DNA of 64,000 nt, taken from IMG/VR virus record IMGVR_UViG_3300032038_000017. One strand, given 5' to 3'. This document shows, piece after piece, positions 8,391-18,739 of the stretch (positions within the stretch are counted from its first letter, which is position 1; every line of letters begins with the position of its first letter). A program made the position numbers and the translations under genes. Source of the stretch: an uncultured virus (IMG/VR IMGVR_UViG_3300032038_000017) (taxonomy: Duplodnaviria > Heunggongvirae > Uroviricota > Caudoviricetes). The notes under the pieces are model-generated. The model was not told where the DNA came from. It saw nothing but the letters and a program-made list of their open reading frames with translations, and made no database searches.

Positions 8391-9449
8391 CTAAGCAAAC
8401 TCTTTTTGAACGTCCGTTCCGTTATTCCAAACGTTTTCTTTATTTACTGGGAACCAGTCTGGATGTGCGTCTAGGACAGAATCGTGTTCCTCACGGTCTT
8501 CAATTATCTTTTTTATTACGTCCATGTCGAACTCGTATGTTCCACCAATTCCAAACCAATTTCCAAGTATCTCTACTATTTGTGCTGAACTATACCCTTC
8601 TTCTTTAAGCTTCGTAACTACCTCGTCAACAAATGCCAAAGTATCTTTTGGGTCATATTCTTCCTTTCTTGTTCCATCTGGGAAGGTCTGGTCGTGAAGC
8701 TTAATAAATGAGTTTCTTACTCGTTTCAAATCGCCGTCTTTAACAGCCTTAACAAACCTTTGAGCCGTCATTTCACGTAGTATTGCAAGACTACGGATTG
8801 ACTTGAACGATTCTTTTAATGTCTGCTCTCGTAAACACCTTACACCAGCAAACTTTATATACATTCTTTCAACAAGTTCTTTTTCGTCAAAAGTGTTTTC
8901 TTTACCGTAATCAGAAATTTCTTGCTTCATTTTCAAGTAAATCTGGTCACGTGTAAGATTATCTTGATGTGGTTCTGCAATCTGATAATCCGGATGAACT
9001 TCTGAAACAACCGTATCACCCTGTATTTCTTCTGATTCTGTCAAACCTTTAAGTGCTTTAGAATTATTTGCGTCGGCTTTTGTTATGTCTACACCTGCGT
9101 CGGCTGCACCTGCAACTGCGGAAGCTTGTAACACAAATTTTGTTTTGTATTCGTCTGGCTCCTTTTCCTTCATACCTGCGTCAGAAAGTTCCTTTGCACG
9201 CTCTTCGCCAGCTTTTGCAAGGTCTTCCTCGTTTGGTTTTTTTGCTTCCAAATCTTTTTTGATTACGTCTATGTCTGATTTTACTTGTTTGTCAACTTCG
9301 GTTTCTTCTTCCTCTATAAACCTAATGTAATGAAGTTTACCTAAACTGACATTTCCATTCTCAGTTAAAACTACTCTTTGTCCGTTCTCAGTAAATGACA
9401 ATTTTCCTTCTACAATCTTGTCATCTTTATCATATGCAGAAACTATCAT
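8391..9449 (-). CDS. hypothetical acidic protein (possible head/internal protein)
   Basis: 352-aa ORF with several hydrophobic-X-E sites (FIEE, LTES, LREQ, LKES, LREM). Confidence 0.7.
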   Translation of the reverse strand: MIVSAYDKDDKIVEGKLSFTENGQRVVLTENGNVSLGKLHYIRFIEEEETEVDKQVKSDIDVIKKDLEAKKPNEEDLAKAGEERAKELSDAGMKEKEPDEYKTKFVLQASAVAGAADAGVDITKADANNSKALKGLTESEEIQGDTVVSEVHPDYQIAEPHQDNLTRDQIYLKMKQEISDYGKENTFDEKELVERMYIKFAGVRCLREQTLKESFKSIRSLAILREMTAQRFVKAVKDGDLKRVRNSFIKLHDQTFPDGTRKEEYDPKDTLAFVDEVVTKLKEEGYSSAQIVEILGNWFGIGGTYEFDMDVIKKIIEDREEHDSVLDAHPDWFPVNKENVWNNGTDVQKEFA

Positions 9450-9452
9450 AAA

Positions 9453-9704
9453 TTAGAATCCCCTTCTACGTCTGCCATAGTAATCAATAAATTGATTGTC
9501 TGCAAACTGCTTTAATTGCTCAATAGACCTATCTTCGTCTTCAAGATAGTTGGACAAATTCTCATAGAAATCTGGTATTTCGTCCAGTATCTCATTCGGT
9601 TGAAAATGATGTTCGTATAAAATGTACCCGAAGAACGCTTCGGCGGTTTTGTCATCAGTTTCAGAAGCAAAGGCCTGAAACATATCATCTCTTATAAGTT
9701 CCAT
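9453..9704 (-). CDS. hypothetical protein
   Basis: 83-aa ORF; CTAATTTATT directly before ATG. Confidence 0.65.
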   Translation of the reverse strand: MELIRDDMFQAFASETDDKTAEAFFGYILYEHHFQPNEILDEIPDFYENLSNYLEDEDRSIEQLKQFADNQFIDYYGRRRRGF

Positions 9705-9744
9705 AATAAATTAGTTATACCCTTGCAAATAAATCCAAGTTATT

Positions 9745-10800
9745 TTAACTGGCTTTTGCTTCTTCCAAATCTTTAAGACCTGGATTGTCCGTAGGGTTTT
9801 CTATACTCATAAATTTCTTGAGTAAACCTATCTGTTCGCTAGAAAGGCTCTTTGGTAAGTTAACATCGATTCTTACATATAAATCTCCGGCTTCTCCAGC
9901 TTGATTCTTTACGCCACAACCACGCAGTCTTAAAAGCTTACCATTAGGAGTATCTGCCGGAATTGTAATCTTTATAGATTTTTTATAAATTGTATCTATC
10001 CAAATGTCGCTGCCTAACAAAGCTTGTGTAAAAGAAACTGGTAAGACGCAATACAAATCATTGCCTTTTCTTTCAAACTTGGAATGTTTTCCAACGTGCA
10101 ATTTTATAATTAAATCACCAGATTTAGGATTGCTAAAGTCTTCCATTTGAGCTTCGTCGCCCATACCCGGAACTGTTATTACCTTTTCGTCTTGAACTGC
10201 TGGTGGAATTTTTATAGTTATGTTTTTTAATTTTACCGACATCTTTTTGCCAAGACATTCTGGGCAAGGTCTTAACCCACCACCATAGACTGGTTTAAAC
10301 CCCATACCATTACAGGTTTTACAATTTTCTTTACGAGTAAATTGGATTGTTTTGTTTGTTCCAAAAATAGCCTCTTCAAAACTTAGGTCGGCTTCAATAT
10401 TTACGTTTTCACCTTTACTTTCTGTTCTTGAATTGAATCCTTTTCCAAAGCCTTTCTGCCATGTATCATTAAAGTCATACCTTGATGAAGACCATTTTCT
10501 TTTATTAAGAAGGTCTTCAAAAAAGTCTTTCAAATCACTATAGTCTTTGCTACTACTGGTATACCTTGCCCAATCACTGCTTTGACCAGAACTTCCAAAA
10601 GAATCATAGTCAGAGCGTTTACCATTATCTGAAAGGACTTCGTAAGCTTCCGTAGCTTCCTTAAACTTTTCTTCCGCAGACTTATCTCCGGGGTTTTTAT
10701 CTGGGTGATATTTTGCGGCAAGTTTTCTGTATGCTTTTTTTATTTCTTCAGGAGTTGCACTTTTACTTACACCAAGAATGTCATAATAATTTTTTGCCAT
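9745..10800 (-). CDS. dnaJ: DnaJ/Hsp40 co-chaperone (shortened zinc finger)
   Basis: NYYDILGV...[11 protein letters not shown]-domain; only two Cys repeats ([16 protein letters not shown]); DnaJ C-terminal domain; start MAKNYY at 10800 after GGAG. Confidence 0.95.
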   Translation of the reverse strand: MAKNYYDILGVSKSATPEEIKKAYRKLAAKYHPDKNPGDKSAEEKFKEATEAYEVLSDNGKRSDYDSFGSSGQSSDWARYTSSSKDYSDLKDFFEDLLNKRKWSSSRYDFNDTWQKGFGKGFNSRTESKGENVNIEADLSFEEAIFGTNKTIQFTRKENCKTCNGMGFKPVYGGGLRPCPECLGKKMSVKLKNITIKIPPAVQDEKVITVPGMGDEAQMEDFSNPKSGDLIIKLHVGKHSKFERKGNDLYCVLPVSFTQALLGSDIWIDTIYKKSIKITIPADTPNGKLLRLRGCGVKNQAGEAGDLYVRIDVNLPKSLSSEQIGLLKKFMSIENPTDNPGLKDLEEAKAS

Positions 10801-10851
10801 TTTAAGCTTTATCTCCAATCATAGTAATTAAACCTTTATAGGATATTAAAC

Positions 10852-10884
10852 AAAAAGCCAGACAATCAAACACTGTCTGGCTTT
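10852..10884 (-). terminator. hairpin/terminator after dnaK
   Basis: AAAGCCAGACA-N9-TGTCTGGCTTT. Confidence 0.7.
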
Positions 10885-10897
10885 GATTTCTTAGATT

Positions 10898-12793
10898 TTA
10901 TGACGCTTTCTGTTCGTCGTGAACCTCATACTGAACATCGTCTGCCTGTCCAGAAGTTTTGCAACTTTCACCACCACAGTTATTACACTGCTGGTTTTGT
11001 CCGTAAAGCTGCTCGGCTATCTTGTATGAAGCCTGTTTAAGCGTCTCTGTTTTTGACTTGATTTCGTCAACATTATCGCCTTCCAGTGCTTTCTTCAAAT
11101 CTGAAATCGCATTTTCACAAGCAGATTTATCAGAACTACTTACTTTATCACCCAAATCCTTAATAGATTTTTCTGTCTGATAAATCAAACTGTCGGCTTC
11201 GTTTTTAACGTCCTGCTTTTCACGAAGCTTCTTATCTTCATCTGCGTGAGCTTCTGCGTCTTTAACCATTTTTTCAATTTCTGCTTCAGAAAGACCAGAA
11301 CCAGAAGTAATAGTAATCTTCTGCTCTTTACCAGTTCCCAAGTCTTTTGCAGAAACATTTACAATACCGTTAGCATCGATATCGAATGTAACTTCAATCT
11401 GTGGAACACCACGTGGAGCTGCAGGAATACCGTCAAGATTAAAGTTTCCAAGTGTTCGGTTATCACTTGCCATACTTCGTTCACCTTGGAGTACGTGAAT
11501 TGTTACGGCAGTCTGGCCGTCTGCGTATGTAGAGAATACTTGGCTTTTCTTTGTAGGAATAGTTGTATTCTTGTCGATAATCTTTGTAAATACACCACCG
11601 GCAGTTTCAATACCGAGTGAAAGAGGGGTTACGTCCAAAAGAACAATGTCCTGTTTTACGTCGTTATTCAAGATACCACCCTGAATAGATGCACCAATAG
11701 CAACTGCTTCATCTGGATTTACAGATTTATTTCCCTCTTTCCCAAATACTTCTTTTACCAAGTTCTGAATAGCAGGAACACGTGTTGTACCACCTACCAA
11801 AAGAACGTCATCAATGTCTGACGTAGACAAGCCAGCGTCTTTAAGTGCCTGGAGCATTGGTGCACGGTGACGTTCAATCAAATCATGAATAATTGCCTCA
11901 AACTTGGAACGACTGATTTCCATCTGCAAGTGCTTTGGACCAGTTGAGTCGGCAGTAATAAATGGAAGATTTACACTTGTAGTAGTTGAACTTGAAAGTG
12001 CAATCTTGGCATTTTCGGCAGCTTCCTTAATTCTCTGCAAAGCCATAGAATCTGTTCGAAGGTCTACACCGTTTGTTTTCTTGAATTCATCACAAATGTA
12101 GTCAACAAGTGCATTATCAAAGTCTGTACCACCAAGTTTTGCATCACCAGATGTTGCAAGTACTTCAAATACTCCGTCTGAAACATCGAGGATAGAAACA
12201 TCAAATGTACCAGAACCTGCGTCAACTACTGCAAGTTTCTTGTTAAGGTTTTTCTTATCAAAACCAAATGCGATAGCTGCGGCAGTTGGTTCTGCAACCA
12301 AACGAAGAACGTTCAAACCTGCAATCTTTCCGGCGTTCTTTGTAGCCTGACGCTGTGCGTCATTAAAATACGCAGGAACAGTAATTACTGCGTCTTTAAC
12401 TTCTGTTCCAAGATAATCTTCTGCCGTTTTCTTCATCTTCATAAGAATCTGTGCAGAAATCTCTTCTGGCGAAAGGTCTTTACCGTCTACATTAACTCTT
12501 GCGTCACCGTTACTACCTTCAGTAACTTTATAAGGGACAATGTTTACCCAGTCTTTCATTTCTGAGTATTTATTTCCCATAAAACGTTTGATTGCATAAA
12601 TTGTATTCTTTGCATTAGTAATTGCACCGTTTTTTGCCGCTTTACCTACTGTAATGTTTCCGTCTTTATAAGCAACAAATGAAGGTGTTGTTCTATCACC
12701 AGTATCATTTACAATAACTGTTGGTGTACCATTTTCAATAACAGATACACAACTGTTACCAGTTCCTAAGTCAATTCCGATTACTTTAGACAT
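10898..12793 (-). CDS. dnaK: DnaK/Hsp70 chaperone
   Basis: [51 protein letters not shown]. Confidence 0.98.
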   Translation of the reverse strand: MSKVIGIDLGTGNSCVSVIENGTPTVIVNDTGDRTTPSFVAYKDGNITVGKAAKNGAITNAKNTIYAIKRFMGNKYSEMKDWVNIVPYKVTEGSNGDARVNVDGKDLSPEEISAQILMKMKKTAEDYLGTEVKDAVITVPAYFNDAQRQATKNAGKIAGLNVLRLVAEPTAAAIAFGFDKKNLNKKLAVVDAGSGTFDVSILDVSDGVFEVLATSGDAKLGGTDFDNALVDYICDEFKKTNGVDLRTDSMALQRIKEAAENAKIALSSSTTTSVNLPFITADSTGPKHLQMEISRSKFEAIIHDLIERHRAPMLQALKDAGLSTSDIDDVLLVGGTTRVPAIQNLVKEVFGKEGNKSVNPDEAVAIGASIQGGILNNDVKQDIVLLDVTPLSLGIETAGGVFTKIIDKNTTIPTKKSQVFSTYADGQTAVTIHVLQGERSMASDNRTLGNFNLDGIPAAPRGVPQIEVTFDIDANGIVNVSAKDLGTGKEQKITITSGSGLSEAEIEKMVKDAEAHADEDKKLREKQDVKNEADSLIYQTEKSIKDLGDKVSSSDKSACENAISDLKKALEGDNVDEIKSKTETLKQASYKIAEQLYGQNQQCNNCGGESCKTSGQADDVQYEVHDEQKAS

Positions 12794-12828
12794 ATATTTC
12801 TTTTCTCCTAAACTCTTAATTCAAAAAT

Positions 12829-12860
12829 AAAACCCAGACAAATTTTCATCTGTCTGGGTA
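12829..12860 (-). terminator. hairpin between hsp20 and dnaK
   Basis: ACCCAGACA-N10-TGTCTGGGT followed by Us on the minus strand. Confidence 0.55.
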
Positions 12861-12957
12861 TAAAAATTGTTTATCTTATTTTTTCAAGAGAAACAATAAC
12901 CTCCAGACAAGCAGTGCTAATAAAGCACTGCTCCGAACCTCCAAATAACTTTTATGC

Positions 12958-13617
12958 TTAGTCGTTAAATGTAAGCATCTTAGGTTTTGTTTCTTCTTTT
13001 GCAGGAACAATGATGGTCAAAACACCGTTTTCGAGTGTCTTTGTGAGATTTGCAATGTCATACTGTGAGCTATCACAGATTACTCTCTGATACTCGTATG
13101 GTGTTTCCAAAGTCTGGTGCTGAACAATCTTTCCCCAGTCTTTGAGCTCACGTGCACCACCTTCGTCTTCTGGAATTGTGTAAGTTTCGCCGTCTTCGCA
13201 CTTTACAAGTACATCTTTCCAAGATTTATTTCTTGTAGCGATGATATTGAAATATCCATTTTTGTAGTCCATGTAAACCTGGTCTTTTGAGAATCCAGGA
13301 AGGAATACTTCGATTTTGTAATCGCCCTTAATGTCATTTCCTACATTTGTTTTTGGGTAGTCACTAAGGACATACTCTTTCTTTGCACGAGTAGGGAACA
13401 AGTTTCCGTTATCAGCACAGTGTGTGTTATAACAGACTACTGTTGAACCATCTGGAGACTTGTAAGTCTTTGTGTTAGGGTCGTTCATAAGTTCCTGCAT
13501 ACGTGCATCTGCATCTGCAAGCAATGAATTAAATGAATTGAAAATTGAAAATGGATTAGAATTGAAAAGTGAGTCCATCTCTTCGATGATGGAAGGTAAA
13601 TTGTTGTTGTTACGCAT
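12958..13617 (-). CDS. small heat-shock protein Hsp20 (alpha-crystallin domain)
   Basis: PKTNV...YKIEVFLPGFSKDQV...LENGVLTIIVP; lies upstream of dnaK. Confidence 0.85.
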   Translation of the reverse strand: MRNNNNLPSIIEEMDSLFNSNPFSIFNSFNSLLADADARMQELMNDPNTKTYKSPDGSTVVCYNTHCADNGNLFPTRAKKEYVLSDYPKTNVGNDIKGDYKIEVFLPGFSKDQVYMDYKNGYFNIIATRNKSWKDVLVKCEDGETYTIPEDEGGARELKDWGKIVQHQTLETPYEYQRVICDSSQYDIANLTKTLENGVLTIIVPAKEETKPKMLTFND

Positions 13618-13816
13618 AACCGATTTCTCCTATTAGCGTTTTTCGTCTTGGTTTATTGTTATGCCCCAGCCAAGTGGGCGAATTATTTTGTGAATACCAA
13701 CTATTTTCGTCTGACTCGATTAGGTACCGTGTCGCAATCAAACTATCTTCATTGCATATTCATATAATTAGTAGAAGTTTTGCAAAAGCATTCACTTCCC
13801 TATTACGCTTATTATA

Positions 13817-15331
13817 TTAACACAAATTTTCTTTTAGAATACTTTCAATACGATTATACAAGCCTTTATTACGGAAATAGTTACTTACATAAGTTCTTGT
13901 TGACAAATGCTTCTTTGAGCAAAAGCTCTTGATAATGTCGTCTTCAAAAATAGAAGTAATTACTTCCTTTGTAAGTTCCTTTTGTGAACCGTCATCATCA
14001 TTCCTACGCATTTCACCAACACGCTCAATGATAGTAAACTTTATTTCGTCCAACATGTTTTTATCGTACTTATAATTTTCAAATAAACTTGGCACGAAAT
14101 TATACATCAATGAGATGTCATTAACAAGGTGCTTATGGTAAAGCAGTGTATTCATCAACTCGTCTTTGTGTACTTTATGGAAGCTTTCGCCAAAATCGTA
14201 AAGTTTTAAGGTGCTCAATTCATTTTCGTGGAATGTATCGGCATATGCAGACTCTGGGATAACAAAGTTGAATCTTGTCTTCAGTGCAAACAAGAATCCA
14301 CGGTCGTGAAATCTATCCTCTGTTTTCCAGACATTTGCTGCATAAAGTAAAGCCAAAAATTGAGAATCGTCCAAGTCTGTAAAAATCCTTACTGGTGCAG
14401 AATAACTAAGCAACTTTTTATCTGTAATGTACAAAAGTCTTTTGTAACCGTCAATAAGTTGATACTTCCCAGATTTAGAATCAACATTTATTGTGATTGG
14501 TTGAGCTTCCAAGTTCTGCAAGTATTCAATTTCACCGATACGATTATTTCGATTAATAACGGCGTTAACTGCATCGTCGAATGTTTTCTTTGCTACAGAC
14601 TCTGGTACGTGAGTTAACACGCTAACCATGTCGTCTTGATAAAACCTTATTTTAGAGGTATGACCATAAAGTTCGACCCTTGGGTCATACTCAACAAAAA
14701 ACCATTCGTCAATACCACTGTATTCTTTATACATTTGATACACTTCCGAAAAGTTAATTGAGGTAGCTGTATTAACGTCCACGTGTGACGGTAAGCCAGT
14801 GAAATGGTCTGAATAGCAATAAGTATAATTCCCAAGAATGTAGTTATCACCAAAGTTTTCTTTAATGTATGATGTTATGTATTCTTTAGCACTCTTTTTA
14901 ATTGCTTTCTTTACAGTATCATTTACATTTCGTAAACTTCTACCAAATCTTTCAGAGGCGTTTCGAATATCAAATGGTAAACTACGGTTTTTATCCACAG
15001 AACTTCGAGCAATGTTTTCCAATGTAAGGTCTGGACAATTCATCTTGCAATCTTCAAAAGCTTTATTAAATTCTGCGTCGTATAAAGACTGGGCAGTTTT
15101 ATTTGCTTCATCAATAAGGAAACGCCCATATTCGTCTTCAATTGTTTTAATGTCTTTAAGGTTCTGCTCTGTTAAAACCGACTGATATGTTAAATCAATC
15201 CTTGATTTTTCATGGAATCCTTTAAGAATGTCCAAAGACGTGAGACTATTTTCTTCTATAATTCGATTTCTTAAATCCGAAAGGCTAATGTCTTTCATTT
15301 CATAATTTGCTTTTACCAGATTACTATACAT
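13817..15331 (-). CDS. ParB/Sulfiredoxin-domain protein
   Basis: QPITIN...YQLIDGYKRL...APVRIF...LLYAAN is a ParB N-terminal-like motif. Confidence 0.7.
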   Translation of the reverse strand: MYSNLVKANYEMKDISLSDLRNRIIEENSLTSLDILKGFHEKSRIDLTYQSVLTEQNLKDIKTIEDEYGRFLIDEANKTAQSLYDAEFNKAFEDCKMNCPDLTLENIARSSVDKNRSLPFDIRNASERFGRSLRNVNDTVKKAIKKSAKEYITSYIKENFGDNYILGNYTYCYSDHFTGLPSHVDVNTATSINFSEVYQMYKEYSGIDEWFFVEYDPRVELYGHTSKIRFYQDDMVSVLTHVPESVAKKTFDDAVNAVINRNNRIGEIEYLQNLEAQPITINVDSKSGKYQLIDGYKRLLYITDKKLLSYSAPVRIFTDLDDSQFLALLYAANVWKTEDRFHDRGFLFALKTRFNFVIPESAYADTFHENELSTLKLYDFGESFHKVHKDELMNTLLYHKHLVNDISLMYNFVPSLFENYKYDKNMLDEIKFTIIERVGEMRRNDDDGSQKELTKEVITSIFEDDIIKSFCSKKHLSTRTYVSNYFRNKGLYNRIESILKENLC

Positions 15332-15364
15332 TAAAGTTTCCTTAAAGTTTTTATTATTTTATAT

Positions 15365-15395
15365 ATTATAACCATTAAATAATTTACCCTGTAAA
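15365..15395 (-). promoter_or_regulatory. class A promoter
   Basis: Minus strand TTTACA-GGGTAAATTATTTAATGGT-TATAAT. Confidence 0.75.
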
Positions 15396-15457
15396 TACAA
15401 TCAGTATTAGCTTCTTGTAGGTTTGCATGATTAATATTTTTCTAGTAGAATATTAAA

Positions 15458-15488
15458 CTTGCAGGGTAAATTAATCACAAGTTATAAT
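15458..15488 (+). promoter_or_regulatory. class A promoter (divergent partner of 15365-15395)
   Basis: CTTGCA-GGGTAAATTAATCACAAGT-TATAAT. Confidence 0.75.
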
Positions 15489-15509
15489 ATAAAAATAACG
15501 AGGTAATAA

Positions 15510-15968
15510 ATGAATAATAAACAGTTTCTTAAAGAGAAAACACCGTGGCCGAAAGACACACAAGAATTGATTTCTTATGTTGAAAAGGTGTCAGAAGAAT
15601 ACAATACAAGCTATAATGACGCAGTTTACGGACCGGCTTTGGCGGCGATTGCTGCTTTTAATTATGCTGCGAGCAAAATGGGTCTTTCTGGATTCCAAGC
15701 TGGCTACTCAGAAATGTTATTTCTAATGAAACAAAAAAACTTGGAGAACGGTTTTAGTGTTATCGACTTTAATGACCTCTTGTACCCTCAAAATCTTTAC
15801 AAATTTAATATTACTCCGGATAAACTTATCCGAGAAAACTTGGAATCTCTGAAAACATCTGCTAGAAAGCTTTTACAGGAAAATAATTATGCTTCCGAAG
15901 AAGTTCGTAATCACTGGCAGAGTATACTTGACATCCCGGACGAAGAAAAGCTAGAGAACGAGGGCTAA
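15510..15968 (+). CDS. hypothetical phage protein
   Basis: 152-aa ORF, GAGG SD. Confidence 0.75.
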   Translation: MNNKQFLKEKTPWPKDTQELISYVEKVSEEYNTSYNDAVYGPALAAIAAFNYAASKMGLSGFQAGYSEMLFLMKQKNLENGFSVIDFNDLLYPQNLYKFNITPDKLIRENLESLKTSARKLLQENNYASEEVRNHWQSILDIPDEEKLENEG

Positions 15969-15972
15969 TAGC

Positions 15973-16368
15973 ATGAAAGTAATCATCCAGAAAACAGCTA
16001 AAATAGTTGTTGACATTCCAGAAAATAGAGTTAAGGACTACTTTAATGGTAAACTTAACGAAATGGATTTCATTGCTTGGGCAGACCAGGACATGTATCT
16101 TGAAGCATCAGAGCAATATGACAAAGACGTTGAAGCGTGGATTAATGACGAAACGACTGAAAGCATAGAAATCGAAGACTGTCCAAAAGAACTTCAAAGC
16201 CACTATTCAAAAGAAGAAATAATGAAAGCCATAGACGAGCGTGAACGTATGGAACACTGCTATGAGTGTGGTGGATATGGGGACGACGTTTTTTATAATA
16301 AAGAAACAGACGAATTAGAATATTGGTGCCCCAATTGTCCGTTTAACAAGTCGAGCTATGAAGATTAA
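15973..16368 (+). CDS. hypothetical protein with C-terminal zinc ribbon
   Basis: CYECGG...CPNCP. Confidence 0.7.
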   Translation: MKVIIQKTAKIVVDIPENRVKDYFNGKLNEMDFIAWADQDMYLEASEQYDKDVEAWINDETTESIEIEDCPKELQSHYSKEEIMKAIDERERMEHCYECGGYGDDVFYNKETDELEYWCPNCPFNKSSYED

Positions 16369-16379
16369 GGAGCTTAAAA

Positions 16380-16718
16380 ATGACAATTCAGATTGGTGAT
16401 GTAAGTGTATCTATCCCGGTTGCTATCTCAAATTGGGCTAAGGAATCTGACGATAATAGAACAGAGTTTGACGGAATGATTCAGTCAATGATGTATGCAG
16501 TAAACAAGGTTATGAAGGAACGTAATCATGTTACACCTAACCCATACCAACCGCTTTACGACGAATTACTTACAAAAGCCAGAGAAGCAGGTATGTCAAA
16601 AGACGAGCTTGATAAAGATATCTCTAAAAGTGTAAATGTTCTTATAAACATGCTCAAGACTGGTGATTACGGTAGTGACGCAGGAACACTTATGAGACTA
16701 CTAAGTACACTTAATTAA
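16380..16718 (+). CDS. hypothetical protein
   Basis: 112-aa ORF, AAGGAG SD. Confidence 0.7.
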   Translation: MTIQIGDVSVSIPVAISNWAKESDDNRTEFDGMIQSMMYAVNKVMKERNHVTPNPYQPLYDELLTKAREAGMSKDELDKDISKSVNVLINMLKTGDYGSDAGTLMRLLSTLN

Positions 16719-16728
16719 GGAATAAAAA

Positions 16729-16935
16729 ATGGTCGCTAAAATAGCATTTGTACTATTTATTGGAAAGCTTGTATCTTATGTGTATAATCTAATCCAATCA
16801 AAGATTTCTATTAAACACGATGTTGAACATACGTGGGAACGCAAAGTAATCTGTAAGAAGACTGCTAACGCACTTATGTGCGAAACGTTCACATATGGTA
16901 TTATCTTTATTGGTGCTTTGATTCTTAAGGTATAG
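16729..16935 (+). CDS. small two-TM membrane protein
   Basis: Hydrophobic segments at both ends; AAGGA SD. Confidence 0.6.
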   Translation: MVAKIAFVLFIGKLVSYVYNLIQSKISIKHDVEHTWERKVICKKTANALMCETFTYGIIFIGALILKV

Positions 16936-16936
16936 A

Positions 16937-17407
16937 TTGATGGGTAACAGTCTACTAAGAAAACTTGAAGTATGCAAGTTCCTGGATGAAAACAAAATTA
17001 AAATTTCCCGTGAAAACGTCGATTGGATTATAAAACATTATAGCCCTAATGAAGAATATTCAAGTGAAGACGCTATGTGTAGATGTTTAAAGTCCTTAAT
17101 GTTTGATAAAATAGAAGACCCATGTAAAAAGGATATCATCAAAGTTGGTAAAGAGTTTTTTAGAAAAACGCCTGTAAACGCTACTACGGAAGGAACAAAA
17201 AAGTATTTTTTTAAGTATTGCTATAACATGGAATTCATAAGGGACGTTTTTGAAATCCCACTGTTATGGCAAAAGAAGTCCCTATTTATTATGTTGATAG
17301 GGACTGACTACATGAATGACGTAAGGCTTCGGTTTGACTTACCGTGTGTTATAGCGACAGTCGGAAAGTTTAAAAAACGAAGAATCTATAATCCAGTATA
17401 TTCATAG
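16937..17407 (+). CDS. hypothetical protein
   Basis: 156-aa ORF in the same operon. Confidence 0.6.
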   Translation: MMGNSLLRKLEVCKFLDENKIKISRENVDWIIKHYSPNEEYSSEDAMCRCLKSLMFDKIEDPCKKDIIKVGKEFFRKTPVNATTEGTKKYFFKYCYNMEFIRDVFEIPLLWQKKSLFIMLIGTDYMNDVRLRFDLPCVIATVGKFKKRRIYNPVYS

Positions 17408-17448
17408 GTTAATATGTAATTAAAACAAAATAAATTGGAGGCTATAAG

Positions 17449-18702
17449 TTGCTTATAAGTTCAGAATACGTGTCGCTCGGCCACCCCGACCGAACTTGCG
17501 ACACAATTGCTGCCAACCTTATCAACCGTATCCAGCATAAAGACAAAGAGAGTAGCCATGCTGCTATTGAAGTTTTTGCGTCTGACGATACTATTATTTT
17601 TGGTGGTGAAGCGAAAACAACCTTGAAGTTGAACAAGAAACTTCTTAAAGAAATTGTTGACGAGTCTTTCAGGGCTTGTGGGTATCTCCCGGATAAACGC
17701 AAAAGCTTCAAAAAAGATGAAGTATATCTTGCAAAAGACGTTAAAATCATCAACAAGATTCACGCACAGTCACCAGACATTGCACGTGCAACAACAGATA
17801 AGAAAGACGGAACTGGTTGGAACGACCAGGGTATTTTCTTCTCTGGTTTTGGTAACAGAACACCTACTGGTCAAGGAGTAGGAAAGTTCTTGGCACAAAG
17901 CTTTGGTGATTACATTTTTGATTATTCGAAAAGCCATTCTGACATGGGCTCGGATATCAAAATCGTTGTAACCCTTGACGTTGATGATAAAGACATGATT
18001 ACTGCCAAAAAGATTGTCCACATTACAGTTGCCTTTCCGTCGCTTGAAGACGGTGAAGCTAACAAAAACTTGATTGAATCACTCTATGAAGACTGGCAGA
18101 AAGAGTTTAGCTATGTTGAATCTTTCCCTGAACTTCACAAACTGGTAGTAAACAGTAAACCTGATTTTACTGTTAACGGAACTGGTCGTTATGTAAACCA
18201 CGGATTCCATTCCGACGCTTCGATGACTGGTCGCAAACTTGCAGTAAATAACATGTCTGTCGGTCCGGTATATTCTATGTGTCAGTGTGGTGGGGGCTCA
18301 TACATTAAGCCTTGGCACGCTTCTGATTTCTTGCTCCCTATGGCAGCAACTTGGGTATCAAAAGCACTTGTAGACCTTGGACTTACAAGTTATGCAAATG
18401 TAGCCCTTGCTTGTACAATCGGCTCAAGAAAAATTGACAGTTTCTGTATTACTGGCGACGCAAAGTTTAATAAAGATGTAAAGCTCAGAAACTTGTTGAC
18501 AAAAGCCTTGATTAACTATGGAATTTCTCCGGAAGGCTTGAAAGACCAGTGGGGTCTGCTTGACAGCTTTGACTTTTATAAGTCTGAACTTCAGAACTTC
18601 GTTATAGTAGATAGTAATAAACGCAATGTTCCTTGGTATGATACAAAGAACCTTGTTAATTATCTGCGACCTATTATTGACGAAGATATTATGGATAACT
18701 AA
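17449..18702 (+). CDS. metK: S-adenosylmethionine synthetase (divergent)
   Basis: SEYVSLGHPDRTCD, GEA, QSPDIA, DQG, NGTGRY, D..MTGRK; TTG start after GGAGG. Confidence 0.9.
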   Translation: MLISSEYVSLGHPDRTCDTIAANLINRIQHKDKESSHAAIEVFASDDTIIFGGEAKTTLKLNKKLLKEIVDESFRACGYLPDKRKSFKKDEVYLAKDVKIINKIHAQSPDIARATTDKKDGTGWNDQGIFFSGFGNRTPTGQGVGKFLAQSFGDYIFDYSKSHSDMGSDIKIVVTLDVDDKDMITAKKIVHITVAFPSLEDGEANKNLIESLYEDWQKEFSYVESFPELHKLVVNSKPDFTVNGTGRYVNHGFHSDASMTGRKLAVNNMSVGPVYSMCQCGGGSYIKPWHASDFLLPMAATWVSKALVDLGLTSYANVALACTIGSRKIDSFCITGDAKFNKDVKLRNLLTKALINYGISPEGLKDQWGLLDSFDFYKSELQNFVIVDSNKRNVPWYDTKNLVNYLRPIIDEDIMDN

Positions 18703-18706
18703 AACA

Positions 18707-18736
18707 AAAGAGGCTAACCAAATAGGTTAGCCTTTA
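18707..18736. terminator. bidirectional terminator between convergent genes
   Basis: AGGCTAACC-AAATA-GGTTAGCCT. Confidence 0.75.
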
Positions 18737-18739
18737 TTA

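Noticed and set aside
12911..12932. CIRCE-like inverted repeat upstream of dnaK (GCAGTGCTAATAAAGCACTGC)
   Set aside because: The half-sites are in the opposite order to TTAGCACTC-N9-GAGTGCTAA and the spacer is wrong; treated as a simple hairpin after hsp20.
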